Source: Oceanispirochaeta sp.
GTDB lineage: Bacteria > Spirochaetota > Spirochaetia > DSM-2461
Direction of reading: 5' to 3'
DNA: 64,000 nt
Assembly (NCBI GenBank): GCA_963663385.2
Contig: CAXXXD010000002.1
Coordinates: 448,001-512,000, forward strand
Part shown: piece after piece, positions 21,079 to 31,450 of the stretch
How positions within the stretch are numbered: the stretch's first letter is position 1
Layout of the letters: every line of letters begins with the position of its first letter
Notes under the pieces: model-generated
Told to the model about the DNA's origin: nothing
The model's input: only the letters and a program-made list of their open reading frames with translations
Database searches by the model: none
Position numbers and translations under genes: made by a program

Positions 21079-23130
21079 ATGGAGCCTGTACGGAAAAAAT
21101 ATATTTCTTTTCGCTCTACTATCCTCTTCTATACTCTGGGCTGTTTCATTATTTTTGCCCTTTTGCAGACCGGTTTCGGCTTCTACGATCATTATTCACT
21201 TATAAAGCAGGAATCTGAGGAGAGACTGATGAATCAGGTTCAGGCTCAGATTCAGATGCTTAATGCTGACTTTGTAAAAAAAATAATCTCCGGAAATCTT
21301 ATGGCTGACTATATCCGGGGAACATTTAGCCGTGAACGTTTTGCGGAGGAGGATGATTACCTGTCCTCGTATAAGGAGGAGTTGAAAAACCTGATTTACT
21401 CTCTGGCTTTAGAGGATCTGGATGCCTGGTTCTATTTTAATCCTGAACTGGAAAATGCAAGTCATGATATCTGGTATCTGTATAACCCCGGCAGCGGTTT
21501 GCATGAAAGAGTCAATGAAGTGGATCTCTCATACTATGATGATTCCGCCGGAAAAGACTGGTTCTTCAGGGCCAGAGATGAAGGACAGCCTATCTGGAGT
21601 AACCCTTCTCCCTCCATGCTTGAGGAGTTTAAAGACACTACATGGATTTCCTACTCCTGTCCTGTCTTCCTGGATAATCTGTTTATCGGTGTGGGCGGAC
21701 ACGATTTTGCTTTTGATGATCTGAAGAAAAAACTGGAGGATCTGTCCGTTTTCAGTACAGGTTATACATTTTTAATGAATGATGAGCATGAATTGCTGAT
21801 TCACCCGGATATCGATTCCTCCATTGATATGGATGAATACAGGGGAGGACAATTCAAATGGCTGAATGAAGAGCTGGATAAAAGGGAGACCGGTCTGATT
21901 GAGTATACCTGGATGGACGGTGAGGCAAAGGTCCTGGCTTTTTCTCATCTGTCAAACGGGTGGGTTGCCGGGATGACTGCCCAGCGCGGGATTATTTACC
22001 AGCCCCTTTTCGGGCAGCTCCGGGTTATGGTGCTTATGGTGCTGATAGGGGTGCTTGCCTGTTATGCCCTTCTCATCAGTTTGCTGGCAGGGCTTACCAG
22101 AGATCTGGAAGGACTGAGTTTTTATGTACAGAAAATCGGAGAGGGACATTATGACGTACCGATTCCGGACTACCTGATCCGAAATAATACGGAGATCGGG
22201 ATTCTGGCGGAAACACTGGAACAAATGAGGGTGATTCAGCAGACGTCTTTTGAGCGTATCCGTCTGTATAATGAAGAACTTGAGTCACTTGTTGCGGAAC
22301 GAACCGAAAAACTGGCACAGAACAAGGTGGATCTTGAGCATTCCTACCGGGATCAGAAAGCCCTTCAGGAGAAACTGGTGCAGTCCCGTAAATTCGAAGC
22401 CATTAATCGTTTATTGAAGGAACTGGCAGACAGGATGAGTCTGCCATTGGGAAATGCGGGGATGTCTATCTCATTCTTCAGAAAGAAAATGGAGGAAGTT
22501 TATGAACAGAGTCCCGGTAGATCCCTTACAGAAACAGAGTTTGATCATATAAGCGATATTATCTCATTGGCATCCGGGGATATTGTAAAATCGGTGAATA
22601 TTATAAATCAGCTGCAGGATATAACCCGTATTCTGGATGTGAATCCCTCCGCTTCAATCGATCTTTATAAAACGCTGTATGAAATTTCCTCCCAGTTCAA
22701 GGGAGAACAGCCTGTCGAACAGGCTCCGGAATTTACAATCGATTGTCCCGGTGAACTCAGATTGACAACAAAGCCGTCTCTTTTTCACGCTCTGCTGCTG
22801 AACCTTTTCCGCTATTCTGTTAACTACAGCCTGAACGGAGTAAAAGATCCCCGGATTCGTTTGAAAGCCGGAAGCCGGGGGGGGGTGGTTTTTCTGGAAT
22901 TCCATGATAATTCAAAACTCTCTTTTTCCGAGCTGGAAGATACAGTTTTCGAGCCTTTCACTTTTACAAATGAACGGGACAACCCGGGCGGGATGGAGAT
23001 GTTTATTGTGTACAGTCTTATCGAATCGGGATTGGGAGGAGATATCGACTGTTTTGAGGATTCGTCGGGGCGTCCGTATTTTCTGATCTCCTTCAGGGAA
23101 AATCCTACTGTTTCCGGGGGGGCGGTATGA
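21079..23130 (+). CDS. dCache-HAMP sensor histidine-kinase-like protein, degenerate (no phospho-His)
   Basis: TM-Cache-TM-HAMP-HisKA/HATPase layout; H-box reads 'ELADRMSLPLGN'; start placed at MEPVRKK. Confidence 0.75.
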   Translation: MEPVRKKYISFRSTILFYTLGCFIIFALLQTGFGFYDHYSLIKQESEERLMNQVQAQIQMLNADFVKKIISGNLMADYIRGTFSRERFAEEDDYLSSYKEELKNLIYSLALEDLDAWFYFNPELENASHDIWYLYNPGSGLHERVNEVDLSYYDDSAGKDWFFRARDEGQPIWSNPSPSMLEEFKDTTWISYSCPVFLDNLFIGVGGHDFAFDDLKKKLEDLSVFSTGYTFLMNDEHELLIHPDIDSSIDMDEYRGGQFKWLNEELDKRETGLIEYTWMDGEAKVLAFSHLSNGWVAGMTAQRGIIYQPLFGQLRVMVLMVLIGVLACYALLISLLAGLTRDLEGLSFYVQKIGEGHYDVPIPDYLIRNNTEIGILAETLEQMRVIQQTSFERIRLYNEELESLVAERTEKLAQNKVDLEHSYRDQKALQEKLVQSRKFEAINRLLKELADRMSLPLGNAGMSISFFRKKMEEVYEQSPGRSLTETEFDHISDIISLASGDIVKSVNIINQLQDITRILDVNPSASIDLYKTLYEISSQFKGEQPVEQAPEFTIDCPGELRLTTKPSLFHALLLNLFRYSVNYSLNGVKDPRIRLKAGSRGGVVFLEFHDNSKLSFSELEDTVFEPFTFTNERDNPGGMEMFIVYSLIESGLGGDIDCFEDSSGRPYFLISFRENPTVSGGAV

Positions 23131-25139
23131 ACAGGATATTTCCCACAAGAACCCGAATCCTGGCAATTGTATTTTCCTGCTTCATGCTGTTTTCTCTGCT
23201 CCTTTCCGGAATCAGTTTATACCGCAGTTACCTGCTGATTAAATCCGAATCGGAGGAGAAGCTGATGAATCTGATGCGGGTTCATGCCAGGACTCTTGAT
23301 GCGGAAATTGTTCAACGGGAAGTATCCATAAATGTAATTGACCGGTATATCAGACAAACCCTGGATCTGGAGCGGTTTTTACAGGAAGATGAGTATATCC
23401 TGGAATATAAAAAAAAGATGGAACCGCTCATTTTCTCCATAGCGCAGCAGAACCGGAATGCCTGGTTCTTTTTTGATCCGGAAATCAGGAAATGGGGAAA
23501 TGATATCTGGTATGCAGAGGATAGTCAGGGAAACATTCGGCGGATGCCCGAAGAGGATTTGTCAGCTTATAATGATTTGAACGAAGCACTCTGGTTCTGC
23601 AGTGCCAGGGATAAACGGGAGTGTCTCTGGACAAATCCCTATCCCTCACTGGCCTTTGAAGATGTATTCTGGGTAACCTATTCCTGTTCTGTTTATATAG
23701 AGGGAAAATTCATAGGTGTTGGAGGACATGATTTTTATTTCAACGAGTTGAGGGAAAGCCTGGAGAATATCAGTATATACGGAACCGGTTTTGCCTTCCT
23801 TCTCAATGAAGATTTTGAATTTCTGGTTCATCCTGATATGGACAGCGTGATAAACCTGAAGGCATTTGACAGCGAATCGTATGAGTCGACTGTCCGGTTT
23901 ATAAAAGAGCATGAAACGGGGATTCTGGAATACAGGGATGAAAAGGGAGAAGCAAGAACTATGGCGTTTTCGCATCTCTCCAATAACTGGATTATCGGAA
24001 CCACAGCCGCTTCCTATATTATCTATCGCCCCCTGTTTATCCAGATTCGTTCCAAAGCCCTGATAATCCTGGGTGGTTTAATCAGTTTTTATCTGCTTCT
24101 TCATGGTCTGACTCTCCATATGACAATGAATCTTGAAAACCTTACTCATACCCTGTCCCATATAAAATCCGGAGACTACGCCTCGCCCATTCCTGCGGGA
24201 CTCACAGACGACAGAACCGAGGTCGGGGTACTAGCCAGAACGGTAGAGAATATGCGTATTCTTCAGAACAGATCCATAAAAGAGATTCGTCGATACAATG
24301 CGGAACTGGAAAAGGTCGTGGAACGCAGAACCGATGATCTTGAAAGGAGCAGAGGGGAGCTGGAGCTCTCTCTGGAACTTTTGAAATCAACACAGAAGAA
24401 AGTTGTGGAATCAAAGAAATTTGAAGCGACAAACCGTTTTCTGATGGAGATTGCTCACAGATTGAATACCCCTCTGGGGAATGTCAGAATGGCCGTTACT
24501 TTTATAGAGAGTGTTCTGAAGGATTGGGGGAGTTTCCGGAAAACGGGAGAGGGGAATCCTGCCGCCTATATTGCCTATTTGAAAGATTCATCCGCAATAG
24601 CGTCCTCCGGGATTCTGAATTCCCTCAGTATTATAAGAAATCTGCAGGATATAACCGGGGATTTTGAGAAAAAGGATGCCGAATCTGTCAATCTGTATGA
24701 GCTTCTTCAGGATGGCATCAGGGAGTTCTGCTCTCAGTACGATATTACCGATTCCGGGGCTATACAGCTGGAATGCAGGAAGAACCTGGTAATCCATACC
24801 TATCCTGTTCGTATAAAAAGGATGTTTCATAACCTTTTATCCTATTCTATGAAATACAGTATGAAAGAGAGTGAAGTTTTTAAAATTAACCTGACCGTCT
24901 GTGTGCAGGATGATCTTCTTCTCCTTGAGTTCAGGGATAATTCCCGTCTCTCCTATATGGAACTGAAAGAGAGAATCTTTGAGCCCTACTCGGTTAATTC
25001 ATTTCAGGATGACGGCGGCGGTATGGAAATGCATATGATCTACAGTCTGGTCAAGATCGGTCTGGATGGTGATATCGAGTGTCTTGAAAGTAATAATCGA
25101 CCTTATTTTCGGATTTCCCTGCCTGTTCAAATTGTTTAA
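23127..25139 (+). CDS. dCache-HAMP sensor histidine-kinase-like protein, paralog of the upstream gene
   Basis: Same architecture; H-box 'EIAHRLNTPLGN'; ATGA overlap with the upstream gene. Confidence 0.78.
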   Translation: MNRIFPTRTRILAIVFSCFMLFSLLLSGISLYRSYLLIKSESEEKLMNLMRVHARTLDAEIVQREVSINVIDRYIRQTLDLERFLQEDEYILEYKKKMEPLIFSIAQQNRNAWFFFDPEIRKWGNDIWYAEDSQGNIRRMPEEDLSAYNDLNEALWFCSARDKRECLWTNPYPSLAFEDVFWVTYSCSVYIEGKFIGVGGHDFYFNELRESLENISIYGTGFAFLLNEDFEFLVHPDMDSVINLKAFDSESYESTVRFIKEHETGILEYRDEKGEARTMAFSHLSNNWIIGTTAASYIIYRPLFIQIRSKALIILGGLISFYLLLHGLTLHMTMNLENLTHTLSHIKSGDYASPIPAGLTDDRTEVGVLARTVENMRILQNRSIKEIRRYNAELEKVVERRTDDLERSRGELELSLELLKSTQKKVVESKKFEATNRFLMEIAHRLNTPLGNVRMAVTFIESVLKDWGSFRKTGEGNPAAYIAYLKDSSAIASSGILNSLSIIRNLQDITGDFEKKDAESVNLYELLQDGIREFCSQYDITDSGAIQLECRKNLVIHTYPVRIKRMFHNLLSYSMKYSMKESEVFKINLTVCVQDDLLLLEFRDNSRLSYMELKERIFEPYSVNSFQDDGGGMEMHMIYSLVKIGLDGDIECLESNNRPYFRISLPVQIV

Positions 25140-25810
25140 AACTCATCAATCATATTCTTCAGAGACTCTCTGTCTATTATGGTGATGGAACGGCCTTCCA
25201 TTGAAATAACTCTGTTTTTCTTTAAATCATGAAAGGCCCGGCACAGGGTTTCCGGAGTTGCACCGAGCATTTTGGAAAGTTCCTGGTGGCTGAAAGGGAG
25301 CTCAATGGTATCTGAATCTTCTGTCAGGGAGAGAGAGTAAGTCAGAAAGGAGGCCAGTCTCTGAGGAACTTTCTGCAGGGCCAGGGATTCTACCATTCCC
25401 ATGGATTCCGCCAGCCGGGCAGACAGGGCGAATACGAGGCTGAGCAGCAGAGACTGCTCTTTATAGGCAATTGCTTCAAGCTTTTTTTTTGAAAGAAGAT
25501 AAACTCGTGACTTTTCAAGAGCTATGGCATTGGCCGGAAAAAGGTTCTCTGTAAAGAGGGTGCACAAGCCCATCATTTCCCCGGGACTGTAGATATGTTC
25601 AATCTGCTCTTTCCCGTTAGGAGAGTATTTGGTCAGTTTCACACTCCCTTTACTCAGGAGGCAGAGGGAATCCATAATATCATTATCTCTGACGACAAAC
25701 TGGCCTTCTTCGTATTCCTTCTCCCTGATCAGACCGGCAATCAGCTTAAGCTGACTGTCAGAAAGCCCGCTGAACATGGTTGTTTTACTTAAAAATTCTA
25801 TTCGCTGCAT
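25136..25810 (-). CDS. Crp/Fnr family transcriptional regulator
   Basis: cNMP-binding domain plus C-terminal HTH 'SHQELSKMLGATPETLCRAF'. Confidence 0.93.
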   Translation of the reverse strand: MQRIEFLSKTTMFSGLSDSQLKLIAGLIREKEYEEGQFVVRDNDIMDSLCLLSKGSVKLTKYSPNGKEQIEHIYSPGEMMGLCTLFTENLFPANAIALEKSRVYLLSKKKLEAIAYKEQSLLLSLVFALSARLAESMGMVESLALQKVPQRLASFLTYSLSLTEDSDTIELPFSHQELSKMLGATPETLCRAFHDLKKNRVISMEGRSITIIDRESLKNMIDEF

Positions 25811-25859
25811 ACTGTTCTCTCAAATAACTGGATAAAGTTATGAAATTATCGCTCCCAAA

Positions 25860-25873
25860 TTGATCTATATCAA
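25860..25873. promoter_or_regulatory. Perfect FNR-type box TTGAT-CTAT-ATCAA
   Basis: Matches TTGAT-N4-ATCAA; lies between the Crp/Fnr gene and the divergent oxidoreductase. Confidence 0.75.
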
Positions 25874-25947
25874 TATATATTTCAGGAATATGCCATAAAC
25901 TCCTTAATTGAATAATAACTTATCCAATGGGAAAGAGGAGTATTGTG

Positions 25948-27297
25948 ATGATAAAGACAGATGTATTGGTATTGGGCGGTCTTTCGGGGATTACAGCAGC
26001 GATCAGCAGCAGACGGCACTATCCGGACAAGAAGGTTGTTCTGGTCAGAAAGGAGGGAACAGTCCTGATTCCCTGCGGGATCCCCTATATCTTCGGAACC
26101 GTCGGGGGGCCTGAGAATAATGTTGTTCCCGATGGTCTGCTGGAATCAAATGGAATTGAACTGATTACCGATGAAGCTGTTTCTGTCGATCGGGACGGAA
26201 AGGTTGTCACCCTGAAAAACAGTACTCAAATAGAGTACAGCAAGCTTGTTTTTGCAACCGGATCTGTTCCTCTTGTTCCTCCTCTTCCCGGATTGGACAA
26301 GGAAAATGTATTTGTCGTTAAAAAGGAATTCGGATATCTGAAGAATGTGCTTGATAGAGTCAATGAAGCTAAAGATATCATTATTATCGGCGGCGGGTTT
26401 ATCGGTGTAGAGTTTGCTGATGAGTGCCGCAAGGGAAGAGATGTTAATGTAACTGTTGTTGAGATGCTCCCAAAATGTCTTCAGATGGCATTGGACGATG
26501 AGTACTGTGAGGAAGCTTCAGAGAAATTGAACGAAGCCGGTGTCAAGATTCTGGCAGAAGAGAGAGTTGTCTCGATTGACGGTGATAAAAAAGTGAACGC
26601 TGTAAAACTGGCGAGCGGAAAAGAGATAAAAGCCGATCTGGTGATTCTGGGAATCGGAGCTCTGCCCAATACGGAACTGGCAGAGAAAGCCGGACTGGAA
26701 CTCGGTTACAGAAATGGGATTCAGGTGGACCGGTATATGCGGAGTGTTTCGGATAACAATATTTTTGCCTGTGGAGACTGTGCCGCCCGTTCTTCCTTTT
26801 TCGATGGACGGCCTTCCGGTGTCATGCTGGCATCTGTGGCAACTTCGGAAGCCAGGATCGCCGGTGCCAACCTTTTTTCTCCCACGCATCATAACTGCGG
26901 CGTTATCAGCTCTTTTGCCACTGTTATTAACGGACGGGCTTTTGGAGTAGCCGGTATGACCGAAAGAATTACAAAAGCAAATGGTATGGATGTGATTATT
27001 ACAACAGCCCAGGCGACAGACACTCACCCGGGGGGTATGCCCGATTCGTCTATGCTGAAGGTAAAACTGATCTTCTCAAAGGATACGGGAATCCTTCTGG
27101 GGGGATCCGTTTCCGGCGGGAAATCAACAGGAGAGTTGGTCAATGTAATCGGAGCCTGTATTATGCACCGTATGACCGCAAATGATATTGTTAAATTCCA
27201 GATGGGTACTCATCCGGCACTGACCTCATCGCCCATAGCTTATCCTGTTGTAAATGCCGCATGTAAAGCTATCATTCCCATTAAGGGAATCAAGTAG
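25948..27297 (+). CDS. FAD-dependent pyridine nucleotide-disulfide oxidoreductase (CoA-disulfide reductase / NADH oxidase family)
   Basis: 'IPCGIPY' redox Cys, GGGFIGVE, 'FACGDC'; GAGGAG RBS before ATG 25948. Confidence 0.9.
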   Translation: MIKTDVLVLGGLSGITAAISSRRHYPDKKVVLVRKEGTVLIPCGIPYIFGTVGGPENNVVPDGLLESNGIELITDEAVSVDRDGKVVTLKNSTQIEYSKLVFATGSVPLVPPLPGLDKENVFVVKKEFGYLKNVLDRVNEAKDIIIIGGGFIGVEFADECRKGRDVNVTVVEMLPKCLQMALDDEYCEEASEKLNEAGVKILAEERVVSIDGDKKVNAVKLASGKEIKADLVILGIGALPNTELAEKAGLELGYRNGIQVDRYMRSVSDNNIFACGDCAARSSFFDGRPSGVMLASVATSEARIAGANLFSPTHHNCGVISSFATVINGRAFGVAGMTERITKANGMDVIITTAQATDTHPGGMPDSSMLKVKLIFSKDTGILLGGSVSGGKSTGELVNVIGACIMHRMTANDIVKFQMGTHPALTSSPIAYPVVNAACKAIIPIKGIK

Positions 27298-27421
27298 AGC
27301 CGGAGCTGACTGGTCTATATATGGCCCTCCAGATCAATCCGGTCTGGAGGGCTCCTGGTTAATTTGGTATGTCAAACTTTCTGAGGTGTGTGTATTTTTA
27401 ATATTGACATTTTTAATTCAT

Positions 27422-27443
27422 GTTATTAGCATATGCCAATAAC
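27422..27443. promoter_or_regulatory. Palindromic operator GTTATTAGCATATGCCAATAAC overlapping the -10 of a TTGACA promoter
   Basis: 10 of 11 bp inverted repeat; TTGACA at 27404-27409. Confidence 0.6.
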
Positions 27444-27487
27444 TAATGAAATATAAAGTGAATTAAATATTGATAGAGGCAGTATAA

Positions 27488-28351
27488 ATGAAAGTAGCTA
27501 TCGCCAGCGGAAAAGGGGGGACCGGGAAGACAACCCTGTCCACAAACCTGTCATCCTTTATGGCCGAATCGGGTCCTGTTGTATTAGCCGATCTTGATGT
27601 GGAGGAACCCAATTCCGGTCTGTTCCTCAAAGGAGAGCTGGTTCATCGGGAAGATAAATTTACCATGGTACCGGAGTGGATTGAGGCTGACTGCACTCAC
27701 TGCGGTAAGTGTCAGAAGGTCTGTAACTTTAATGCCGTATTAAAAATGGGCGATATGATTATGGTATTTCCCGAGCTCTGCCATGCCTGTTTTGCCTGCT
27801 CGGAACTCTGTCCCGCCGCATCTCTTCCTATGAAACCCAGAAAAATGGGTGAGTTGAAATCCTTCCGCATTGGCGATCTGAGCTTTGTAGAAAGCAAACT
27901 CCTGATCGGTGTGGAACAGGCTGTTCCCCTTATCAGCCAGACAATCACCTACCTGGATGAAAATTTCCCCCGGGACAGCATACAGCTTATAGATTCTCCT
28001 CCCGGTACATCCTGTCCTGTAATCGAAGTGGTCAAGGAGTCGGATCTTGTCATTCTTGTGACCGAGCCAACTCCCTTCGGGCTGCATGATCTGAAGCTTG
28101 CAGTCGACACGGTAAGGAAACTGGAAAAGCCGTTTTCCGTTGTAATCAACCGGCACGGGATAGGAGACCGCAGGGTTGAGGAGTACTGCATGAGCGAGAA
28201 TATTGAAATTGCAGCTATGATTCCCAACGACAGAAAGATAGCCGAAATCTACTCCAGGGGAGATCTGCTGTATCCGGTTATTCCCGCTGTAAAAGAGGCT
28301 ATACAGAATGTTGCTGCCTACATCAAATCAGCAGAGCGGGGTAGAAAATGA
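27488..28351 (+). CDS. MinD/CobQ-like P-loop ATPase with a 2x[4Fe-4S] ferredoxin insert
   Basis: SGKGGTGKT, 'DLDVEEPN', CxxCxxCxxxC twice, 'DSPPGTSCP'. Confidence 0.9.
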   Translation: MKVAIASGKGGTGKTTLSTNLSSFMAESGPVVLADLDVEEPNSGLFLKGELVHREDKFTMVPEWIEADCTHCGKCQKVCNFNAVLKMGDMIMVFPELCHACFACSELCPAASLPMKPRKMGELKSFRIGDLSFVESKLLIGVEQAVPLISQTITYLDENFPRDSIQLIDSPPGTSCPVIEVVKESDLVILVTEPTPFGLHDLKLAVDTVRKLEKPFSVVINRHGIGDRRVEEYCMSENIEIAAMIPNDRKIAEIYSRGDLLYPVIPAVKEAIQNVAAYIKSAERGRK

Positions 28352-29226
28352 AAGAGATTGTTGTTATTTCCGGTAAAGGCGGAACAGGTAAAACGTCCCT
28401 GACAGCTTCATTCTCGGTTCTGGGAGGAGCTGAACTTGTGGTCGCCGACTGTGATGTGGATGCAGCGGATATGCACCTGCTCCTGGAACCTGATTTCGGG
28501 TTTTCAGAGGATTTCTTCAGCGGCGAGCTGGCCGAAATCGATTCTGATAAGTGTATCTCCTGCGGAAAGTGCCGGGACATCTGCCGTTTTCATGCAATAG
28601 ATGTTACAGACGGTGTTTACAGGGTCGATCCGATCAGCTGCGACGGCTGCGGCTACTGTGCCAGAATCTGCCCGGCAGAAGCTATCAGCAATATTGAGCA
28701 GAATGTGGGCAAGTGGTATATCTCCGGGATTAAAACGGGCACCTCCATGGTACATGCCCGATTGGGAATCGGTGCGGATAATTCGGGGAAACTGGTTGCC
28801 CGGGTTAAAAATGAAGCAAAACAGCTTGCCGAAAAAAAAGCCAGGGATCTTGTCCTTGTGGATGGTTCTCCCGGAATCGGCTGTCCTGTTGTCTCTTCTC
28901 TTTCCGGGGCGGACTATGTTGTGCTTGTAACGGAGCCTACCGTTTCGGGGGTTCATGACTTGAAGAGGGTGTATGAACTGGTAAATAAATTCGGTATCAA
29001 GGCGGGCTGTATTGTAAACAAGGGCGATCTTAATCCGGTTGTTCTGGCAGATCTGAAATCCTTTCTTTCGGACAATGCCATCGCCCTTCTTGCCGAAATC
29101 CCCTACAACGAAAAATTTACCGAGGCCATTACCAATGGAAAAACCATTGTCGAGTGGGATGGTGAACTGAAGGAAATTATCAGTAACAGCTGGGAAAAGA
29201 TTAAAACAGTAGTCAAGGCAATGTAA
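28348..29226 (+). CDS. MinD/CobQ-like P-loop ATPase with a 2x[4Fe-4S] ferredoxin insert (second paralog)
   Basis: SGKGGTGKT, 'DCDVDAAD', CxxCxxCxxxC twice, 'DGSPGIGCP'. Confidence 0.9.
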   Translation: MKEIVVISGKGGTGKTSLTASFSVLGGAELVVADCDVDAADMHLLLEPDFGFSEDFFSGELAEIDSDKCISCGKCRDICRFHAIDVTDGVYRVDPISCDGCGYCARICPAEAISNIEQNVGKWYISGIKTGTSMVHARLGIGADNSGKLVARVKNEAKQLAEKKARDLVLVDGSPGIGCPVVSSLSGADYVVLVTEPTVSGVHDLKRVYELVNKFGIKAGCIVNKGDLNPVVLADLKSFLSDNAIALLAEIPYNEKFTEAITNGKTIVEWDGELKEIISNSWEKIKTVVKAM

Positions 29227-29257
29227 GCAAATTTTAACCTGCAAGGAGTAGAAGATT

Positions 29258-29596
29258 ATGAAAATTGTATTTACGGCAAAAGGCACAGATATGAGTGCCT
29301 CCATTGATCCCCGTTTCGGAAGAACAGAGTATTTTGTTATTTTTGATGAAGATTCAAAAAGTGTAGAGTCCTACGATAACAGGGCCATTGAAAAAGAAGC
29401 CCATGGCGCCGGTCCCAGGACTGCCCAGAAACTGTCCGAGTATAAGGCTGAGGTGCTGATTACCGGTAACGGTCCCGGGGGAAATGCCGCGGCAGTTCTG
29501 AAAACACTGGGACTGGAGATCTATGTAGGCGCAGCCAATATGACAGTTCAGGAAGCCTACGATGCTTATAAAGCGGGTGATCTGAAGAAGGCATAA
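29258..29596 (+). CDS. NifB/NifX family Fe-Mo cofactor-binding domain protein
   Basis: 'DPRFGRTEYF', 'HGAG', 'LITGN.PG.NA'. Confidence 0.88.
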   Translation: MKIVFTAKGTDMSASIDPRFGRTEYFVIFDEDSKSVESYDNRAIEKEAHGAGPRTAQKLSEYKAEVLITGNGPGGNAAAVLKTLGLEIYVGAANMTVQEAYDAYKAGDLKKA

Positions 29597-29606
29597 AGGG
29601 TAGAAC

Positions 29607-30005
29607 ATGGAAAAAATGATTGCCGCTTTTGCCACGGATGACGGAAGAAACTATATTGACCGCCATTTTGGAGATGCCGAGCACTACGATATCTACGAAA
29701 TTTCTGCCGCCGGATCCAAGTTTTTAAAAAGGATTGATAACACAACTGAGGACGAAAATGACGAAACCGGTCACGGAGACGAAAAGAAGGCGAGAGGAAT
29801 TGCGGGGATATTAAAGGCTGAAGGCGTTCATATCGCTGTGTCCAGAGTGTTCGGACCCAATCTGAAAAGGATCAGGAAGAAATTCCTGTGTGTTCTGTTC
29901 AAATCCGGCTCTATTGAACGGGGGATCGAAACTCTCCGGGACAATTATTCCACCCTTCTTTCCGAATGGGATAAAGGGGAAAAGAGGTCCTTTCTCCGTT
30001 ATTGA
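29607..30005 (+). CDS. NifB/NifX family protein
   Basis: 'FATDDG....HFGDA..Y.IY', 'FGPN'. Confidence 0.82.
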   Translation: MEKMIAAFATDDGRNYIDRHFGDAEHYDIYEISAAGSKFLKRIDNTTEDENDETGHGDEKKARGIAGILKAEGVHIAVSRVFGPNLKRIRKKFLCVLFKSGSIERGIETLRDNYSTLLSEWDKGEKRSFLRY

Positions 30006-30033
30006 TAGATTTCTCTGTTCAGTAAAAAAGAAG

Positions 30034-30070
30034 GCTCCTGCCCTTTCCAGATAAGGCAGGAGCTTTTCTT
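30034..30070. terminator. Probable bidirectional intrinsic terminator
   Basis: GCTCCTGCC...GGCAGGAGC stem with A-rich 5' and T-rich 3' flanks, between convergent genes. Confidence 0.7.
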
Positions 30071-30103
30071 TTGCATTCCAGTGAAAAACAGGCGCTTAAC
30101 CTG

Positions 30104-31450
30104 CTATTTCATCAGTTTTTCGAGGGCATTCATGGCACAAAGGACAATGGGATAAACTCCCGGACCGCTTGTCAGCAGAGGTTGAGTTCCGTACTGCATG
30201 ATTGACAGTTCAGAGGCTGTCATGGACTTCTGTATGGCCAGACCAAGTATATTGATCATTTCTCCTGTGGATTTACCGCCTGTTATCTGTGCTCCCAGGA
30301 GAGCTCCTGTTCCCCTGGAAAAAATCCCCTTTATCCTGACTTTTGACGCATCGCTGATTTTACCGGGGTGGCGGTCAATTCCTTCGCTGTAAGCTGCAAC
30401 AATATCAAATCCCTCTTTTTCCGCCTGACTTTCCGTCAGTCCGGCTGCTCCCATCGAAATATCATTGAGGGAGGAGGAGAAAATGGCAATGCTGCCTTTA
30501 CAGTGCCGGACTATTTTCAAATTGAAAAGATTAAAACCGGCTACACGGGCTTCCGCCGCAGCTGTAGACGCCAGCATCAGACGGGAGGGTTTTCCGGAGA
30601 AGAAATCCTTATGTTCCACACAGTCACCTACGGCAAAAATATCCTCCCGGGATGTCCGCATATACTCATCGGTCCAGATACCCCCGGTCGAACCCAGCAT
30701 CAAACCTGTTTCCCCGGCCAGAGCTGTATTGGGTCTGTATCCTATGGACAGGATAACTCTGTCGGCCGGTATTGACGAACCGTCGGAAAAATCAATCTGA
30801 CTGACTTTTCCATTTTCACCGCCGATGCGGGAAACCATGGCTGACTTCATAATGGTCACTCCATGGTCGTTCAGCTTATTTTCTATAGAATCGGACATAT
30901 CCTTGTCGAAAGCTAATGGCAGGATCGAGTCCATTGCTTCAATCAGTGTAACTTTCCCGGAAAATTTCGCCAGTTCATCGCAGACTTCAACCCCGATAAA
31001 TCCTGCTCCGATTACTATCAGGTTTTCAGCGGACCGGAGATCCTCCCTGATGGATTTTATGTACTCCGTATCTTTTCTGATAGTTACAACTCCATCCAGA
31101 TCTGCTCCGGGGATGGGGGGAACAAAAGGATTTGAACCTGTCGCAAATATCAGCTTGGAATAGGAGTAGGAGCGCTCTTTTGCCGTTTTCAGTGTTTTTT
31201 CATCCGCATTTACGGAGATCACTTCATCATAGGCAAAATCAATGCCCTTCTTCAGCAATCCCTCAACAGGTTTGATATCCGCCTCGACAGAAGGGAGTGA
31301 CCCCAATGCATAGGGGATCCCGCAGGGGATCAGAGCATCCTGTTCCTTTCTGATAACCAGGACAGATTTGTCCTTGTAAGTCTGTTTTATGGCACTGGCT
31401 GCCGATGCTCCCGCAGGATTGCCTCCGATAATAATTACATCATATTTCAT
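30104..31450 (-). CDS. FAD-dependent pyridine nucleotide-disulfide oxidoreductase (second CoADR/Nox paralog)
   Basis: GGNPAG, 'IPCGIPY', GAGFIGVE, 'FAVGDC'. Confidence 0.9.
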   Translation of the reverse strand: MKYDVIIIGGNPAGASAASAIKQTYKDKSVLVIRKEQDALIPCGIPYALGSLPSVEADIKPVEGLLKKGIDFAYDEVISVNADEKTLKTAKERSYSYSKLIFATGSNPFVPPIPGADLDGVVTIRKDTEYIKSIREDLRSAENLIVIGAGFIGVEVCDELAKFSGKVTLIEAMDSILPLAFDKDMSDSIENKLNDHGVTIMKSAMVSRIGGENGKVSQIDFSDGSSIPADRVILSIGYRPNTALAGETGLMLGSTGGIWTDEYMRTSREDIFAVGDCVEHKDFFSGKPSRLMLASTAAAEARVAGFNLFNLKIVRHCKGSIAIFSSSLNDISMGAAGLTESQAEKEGFDIVAAYSEGIDRHPGKISDASKVRIKGIFSRGTGALLGAQITGGKSTGEMINILGLAIQKSMTASELSIMQYGTQPLLTSGPGVYPIVLCAMNALEKLMK

